From Thermodesulfobacteriota bacterium (GTDB taxonomy: Bacteria; Desulfobacterota; Desulfobulbia; Desulfobulbales; SURF-16), in assembly GCA_040755455.1 (NCBI GenBank), contig JBFMAY010000020.1:1-64000 (forward strand): 64,000 bases of DNA, given 5' to 3'. The notes under the pieces are model-generated. The model did not search any database. It was not told the DNA's origin and saw only the letters and a list, made by a program, of their open reading frames with translations. Below are positions 59,967-64,000 of the stretch, in pieces. Both the position numbers and the translations under genes were made by a program. Within the stretch, counting starts at the first letter, position 1; each line of letters begins with the position of its first letter.

Positions 59967-60353
59967 ATGCGAAGCAGGATGCTGGGATGTATCGTTTTTG
60001 CAGTGCTGCTGCTGTTGAGTGGTCCGTCCCTGGCGGCTCAGCAGCAGGAAATTCCTGTAAAAAACATGGTGACCATGGTTGATCTCGGGGCCGGCAAATG
60101 CATCCCCTGTAAAATGATGGCCCCGATCCTTGACAAGCTGCAGAAGGAATATGCGGGCCGGGCTGCCATTGTCTTCATCGATGTGTGGGAGGACCGAAGC
60201 CAGTCGCAAAAATTCGGTATCAGTTCAATCCCGACCCAGATTTTCTATGATAAAAGCGGTAAGGAGATTTACCGGCACGAGGGGTTTCTGGCTGAAGAGG
60301 GGATTGTCGCCAAACTGAAGGAACTGGGTGTGGCAGAGCAGCAGGAAAAGTGA
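59967..60353 (+). CDS. Exported thioredoxin-family protein
   Basis: Signal peptide, CIPC, IPTQIFYD, RHEGF. Confidence 0.88.
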   Translation: MRSRMLGCIVFAVLLLLSGPSLAAQQQEIPVKNMVTMVDLGAGKCIPCKMMAPILDKLQKEYAGRAAIVFIDVWEDRSQSQKFGISSIPTQIFYDKSGKEIYRHEGFLAEEGIVAKLKELGVAEQQEK

Positions 60354-60358
60354 TCATA

Positions 60359-61057
60359 ATGGATTCCGTTTTTCTGCTCGTCAACGAATGGATGGCCGGC
60401 ACGACCGCCATTGCCGCCCTGGGCTGTTTTGCCTGGGGGATGATCAGCGTGCTGTTCAGTCCCTGCCACCTGGCCTCCATTCCATTGATTGTGGCCTATG
60501 TGGGCGGCCAGGCCCGACTTGTCAGGGGCCGGCAGGCGGTCTGGTATGCGGTGCTGTTCAGCACCGGGCTTTTTATCACCATTACCCTGGTGGGGATTAT
60601 CTGCGCCCTGCTGGGCCGGATGCTGGGCGATGTCGGTCCCTACTGGACCATTTTGGTGGGATTGATCCTGCTGTGGGTGGCCATGGACATGCTGGGCCTT
60701 GCCAGCTGCTGTCTGCCGGGCGGCGCCCTGGGCAGACTGCAGCTCAGAGGTTGTTGGGGCGCCTTTGTCCTGGGGCTGGCCTACGGAGTTCTCTCCGGTT
60801 CCTGCACCTTCGGCTTCATTGCCCCCATTCTGGCCATTATCACCGTGCAGAAGCAGGTGATGACCGGGGTGCTGCTCATCCTGCTCTTTGCCGTTGGCCA
60901 CTGTCTGCCCATTGCCGTGGCAGGGAGCTCCACCGCCGCGGTGAAGCGGTTGACGTCAAGCGCATTTTTCGGGCAGGGCAGCCTGTGGTTCCGCAAAGGG
61001 GCGGGGGTGGTGATTGGCGGTCTGGGCTGCTATTTTTTAGTCCGGCCTTTTCTGTAA
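60359..61057 (+). CDS. ccdA: CcdA/DsbD-type transmembrane electron transfer protein
   Basis: SPCHLASIPL, GSCTFGFIAP, six TM helices. Confidence 0.8.
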   Translation: MDSVFLLVNEWMAGTTAIAALGCFAWGMISVLFSPCHLASIPLIVAYVGGQARLVRGRQAVWYAVLFSTGLFITITLVGIICALLGRMLGDVGPYWTILVGLILLWVAMDMLGLASCCLPGGALGRLQLRGCWGAFVLGLAYGVLSGSCTFGFIAPILAIITVQKQVMTGVLLILLFAVGHCLPIAVAGSSTAAVKRLTSSAFFGQGSLWFRKGAGVVIGGLGCYFLVRPFL

Positions 61058-61091
61058 ACAGGCGGCGGACGCCCATTCAGGCCGGGGCGGG

Positions 61092-61571
61092 TTATCCGGC
61101 TACGTAATCTCCGACCATGGCCTTTTGCAGGCGGGCAAAAAATGCCTTGACCTCCGGCGCGCCCTCGGCCGGTGACCATGGGGCGAATTCGACCGCCGTC
61201 TCCGCATCATACGGGCCCTGCTTGGTCTCGAAAAATACCGATTCGTCAGCCCGGGGCATCCAGGCATGCCAGATGTTCGGCGGCATGTCAAAAGCAACCA
61301 CATCGGCGCCCGGTCCAATGGTGACCCGTTCGGTGATGCGGCTCTCATTGTCAAAGAACAGCACATCGAAAAGTCCGCGGATAACCATGGAGAATTCGCC
61401 TTTTGTGGTGTGCCGATGGGGGCGGAAATATGATCCGAGTCTTGCGGCGATCAGCAGCCGCTGCACCGGATCGGCCGCTGATTCATGGATGTTGTGATTG
61501 GTCCGTTTTCTGGCGTTTGAAGCCGCCTTTACAAGTAGCTCATTGAACAGATGGGAGGTGATCAGTTTCAT
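61092..61571 (-). CDS. WbuC-family cupin-fold metalloprotein
   Basis: RKRTNHNIH...DPVQRL, RPHRH, ETKQGPY, FAPWSP.E. Confidence 0.85.
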   Translation of the reverse strand: MKLITSHLFNELLVKAASNARKRTNHNIHESAADPVQRLLIAARLGSYFRPHRHTTKGEFSMVIRGLFDVLFFDNESRITERVTIGPGADVVAFDMPPNIWHAWMPRADESVFFETKQGPYDAETAVEFAPWSPAEGAPEVKAFFARLQKAMVGDYVAG

Positions 61572-61658
61572 GTGACGGCACCCTGGAAAAAGTTTGTCGT
61601 GTGAAGCACTGCAAGGCGGATGGCAATGGGGGTTGCTGCCCCGGGGACTTCGGGGAGA

Positions 61659-61889
61659 TCAGCCCAGAATATCCCTTTTCATACTGTCGAATTGCTCCTT
61701 GCTGATCTCACCGGCGGCATATCTTCTTTTCAGAATATCCAGCGCTTCCTCATGGCCGGAAGATTTTTTGCCTGTGCTTCTGATCAGGGAAACAAGAAGA
61801 AAGATCAGGAGAACCGAGAAAAGAACCATGAACATGCCGCCGCCGAACCAATTGCCCGGCCACCAGCACCACTCCCCATATCCGCGCAT
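61659..61889 (-). CDS. SHOCT-domain small membrane protein
   Basis: One TM helix, ALDILKRRYAAGEISKEQF; AAGGT RBS. Confidence 0.85.
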   Translation of the reverse strand: MRGYGEWCWWPGNWFGGGMFMVLFSVLLIFLLVSLIRSTGKKSSGHEEALDILKRRYAAGEISKEQFDSMKRDILG

Positions 61890-61953
61890 ATTTTTACCTT
61901 TTGTTGATCAATTTATCCGTGCCCGCCGTGATGAAGAGAAGACGGGATGGCGG

Positions 61954-62565
61954 TTATGCACAGAGTTTCTTGGCGATTTGTGCAACATGGGCACCCTGGA
62001 AACGGGCTCCGGCGAGTTCGTTGGCGCTGGGCGAACGGCTTCCTTCCGGCCCGGCAACGGTTGAGGCCCCATAGGGAGAGCAGCCGCTGATCTCATCACC
62101 GGTCATCTGGCCCTTAAAGGTATACGGCAGCCCCACCACCACCATGCCCTGATGCAGGAGAGAGATGTGAAAACTTAAGATTGTCGACTCCTGACCGCCG
62201 TGCTGGGTGTTGGAGCTGGCGATGACGCTTCCCGCTTTGCCGACCAGGGCTCCGGTCATCCACAGCTTGCCTGTCGAGTCGAGGAACTGCCGCATCTGCC
62301 CACACATGTTGCCGAACCTGGTGGGCGTGCCGAAAATGACGGCATCGGCTGCACCCAACTCGTCAACGGTGCAGACCGGGATGTGGCTCTGCTGTTGCTG
62401 GGCCTGCAGCGCGCCCATCTTCTCCAGTACCTCCCGGGGAAGGGTTTCCGGCACGCGGCGCAGCTCGGCCGTAACGTCTGCCACCGAACGGGCCCCTTCG
62501 GCGGCTGCCTCGGCCATTTTGTACACATGGCCATACAGCGAGTAGTAAACAACGAGCACCTTCAT
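61954..62565 (-). CDS. wrbA: NAD(P)H:quinone oxidoreductase, type IV
   Basis: [31 protein letters not shown]. Confidence 0.93.
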   Translation of the reverse strand: MKVLVVYYSLYGHVYKMAEAAAEGARSVADVTAELRRVPETLPREVLEKMGALQAQQQQSHIPVCTVDELGAADAVIFGTPTRFGNMCGQMRQFLDSTGKLWMTGALVGKAGSVIASSNTQHGGQESTILSFHISLLHQGMVVVGLPYTFKGQMTGDEISGCSPYGASTVAGPEGSRSPSANELAGARFQGAHVAQIAKKLCA

Positions 62566-62697
62566 GAGTTTCCCCTCCGTGATAAGGAGATGCTGTGCAC
62601 CCCATTCATTATTTGGCGATGACAATTACTGATATGAATATCTCATCATCTCCTGCCGGATAAATCAAGCGATATCATCTAAACGTTCATGCCGATT

Positions 62698-63096
62698 TCA
62701 TGGTTCCTCTTCTTTGAAAAGTTCTGCGGCGGCGAGAAGCGCGGCCCGGATAATCAGCTTTTCCGGTATTGCCTCGTAGGTGTCAGCCAGGGCGATGGTC
62801 CGACACTGGGCGTCGCCACAGGCATCGCAACAGGGGCTTTGCCCGATTGCGGCGCCGAGCCATTCTTCCAACGGCCTTTCACCTATCCAGATCCGGTTTG
62901 ACTGCAGAGGGTCCCTGGTGAACAGCGGCAGGGGGAGGGAGTCGGTCTGCAACTGCACCTCGATGTCCAGTTCGGCAAGAGCCTTCCGCAATCTGGCAAA
63001 TGCCCGTTGCGTGGCATCACCGGTGTCCTGGCAGCGCGGGCAGGTTTGTCCATCATGGATGACCAGCCTTTGCCAGCGAATAGTCAGTGTCTGCAT
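62698..63096 (-). CDS. DUF2703-family Cys-rich protein
   Basis: WQRLV..GQTCPRC..TG, SNRIWI...PLEEWL, CC..CG...CRT, YEAIP. Confidence 0.75.
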   Translation of the reverse strand: MQTLTIRWQRLVIHDGQTCPRCQDTGDATQRAFARLRKALAELDIEVQLQTDSLPLPLFTRDPLQSNRIWIGERPLEEWLGAAIGQSPCCDACGDAQCRTIALADTYEAIPEKLIIRAALLAAAELFKEEEP

Positions 63097-63104
63097 CAGT
63101 GTCC

Positions 63105-63518
63105 TCAATATTCAAGGTTGAGCGGGGGGCGCTTTGCCCGTTTTCGCAGCCAGTTAACGGATTTTGCCACAGGCCGGCGGGTCGCCAGCCACCTTTCAAA
63201 CCGGTATTTGCCCGGAAAGTCAAGCAGCATGACGCCGATGAAAATGGTGAGCAGCCCCTGGCCGGGCAGAACCAGCATGACAATGCCGGCAATGATGAAG
63301 ACATAGCCGGCAAGGTTCTTGGCAAAGAGCAATGCCCAGCGGACAAACGGATGGTGCGTCGCCCAGGGGGTATGGTGGCGTTTGGCGTGGGCAAAGTAGT
63401 CGGATGGAATACGGACCACCAGCAATGGCACGATGACCAGCGAGCCGACAAAGGAGACAAGCGACAACCCGGTCAGCCACAGGAGCGTCGTTTCGTGGAG
63501 CTGAAAAAAATCGAACAT
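63105..63518 (-). CDS. PGPGW-family membrane protein
   Basis: RIPSDYF, KNLAG, LVLPGQGLLT, DFPGK, NWLR. Confidence 0.75.
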   Translation of the reverse strand: MFDFFQLHETTLLWLTGLSLVSFVGSLVIVPLLVVRIPSDYFAHAKRHHTPWATHHPFVRWALLFAKNLAGYVFIIAGIVMLVLPGQGLLTIFIGVMLLDFPGKYRFERWLATRRPVAKSVNWLRKRAKRPPLNLEY

Positions 63519-63767
63519 CTTATCGGTAAAGGAAAAGTATCAGGACAGGGTGGCCGGTTGCGCGGCAATGCCGCACGGTATGATCCGGGGAAACAAAGAG
63601 AACTGTACCCTGTCTGCCGGTGATTTCAATGATTTTTTGTGTCCATGAAAAAACAGCAGGCATGTGCGGCAATGCCTGCAGCGGTTAATGGCTGACTGGA
63701 AGAAGTTTGGCGCAAGTCACTGAAGTAAAGGCAAGGGGGCGGCGCTGCTGACTTGCGGGAATGGTTG

Positions 63768-63998
63768 TCAGTTCAGTGCCAGTAAAAATGAACGGATGAC
63801 GGCAAATCCCGCCGGCCGGCTGACATTATGTTCCGCTGTATGGCATCCTGCGCATCGGAGAGCGCTGTCCGTGCTGACACCGACCAATCGCCAAGTGCCG
63901 GTCAGTATCTGCTCGATGTTGGTTTCCCGGCAGTCGGCGCAAAGCCACGTTTTCTCCTGCGGTGGACAAGCCTTTTTACTGATATATTGATATTTCAT
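63768..63998 (-). CDS. Hypothetical small protein with two CxxC motifs
   Basis: CADC and CAGCH; start lies at the window edge. Confidence 0.45.
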   Translation of the reverse strand: MKYQYISKKACPPQEKTWLCADCRETNIEQILTGTWRLVGVSTDSALRCAGCHTAEHNVSRPAGFAVIRSFLLALN

Positions 63999-64000
63999 AT

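Noticed and set aside
63768..63998. CAGCH as a c-type heme site
   Set aside because: No signal peptide is visible and a second CxxC is present, so a zinc-binding motif is more plausible.
1..64000. CRISPR arrays, tRNA/rRNA genes, integrases, selenocysteine read-through
   Set aside because: No regularly spaced repeats, cloverleaf-like sequences, recombinase motifs or in-frame TGA at catalytic Cys positions noticed by eye; not computationally excluded.

Overview
Bacterial chromosomal window, about 55-60% GC by eye. Gene content suggests Desulfobacterota, probably Desulfobulbales-like (inference). It contains a core translation/envelope block (rpsB-tsf-pyrH-frr-uppS-cdsA-dxr-rseP-tsaB, waaF-gmhB), aroE/aroK, actP, motAB and a P-type ATPase, plus five accessory modules. 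(1) A PrsK / PEP-CTERM / PilZ / PrsR cassette with a readable sigma54 promoter and two enhancer boxes. (2) A double-SWIM SNF2 helicase with a degenerate nucleotidyltransferase+HEPN-like tail, next to a UvrD helicase. (3) An NrpR regulator divergent from gdhA and a PEP-synthase-like ATP-grasp protein, with four GGCAA..TTGCC palindromes between them. (4) The strongest find: a CarH/LitR-type B12 photoreceptor divergent from an operon (PNPOx-like, TIGR01777, pyrimidine-dimer glycosylase-DUF1722 fusion) whose promoter is overlapped by four 11-bp-phased direct repeats like known CarH operators, i.e. a predicted light-induced UV-repair regulon with no photolyase or carotenoid genes in the window. (5) A minimal SufCB (SMS-type) pair and a large arsenic/redox island with two divergent ArsR regulators and two distinct operators. 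I recognised no tRNA, rRNA, CRISPR array or intact transposase. All calls come from motif recognition by eye, without database searches.
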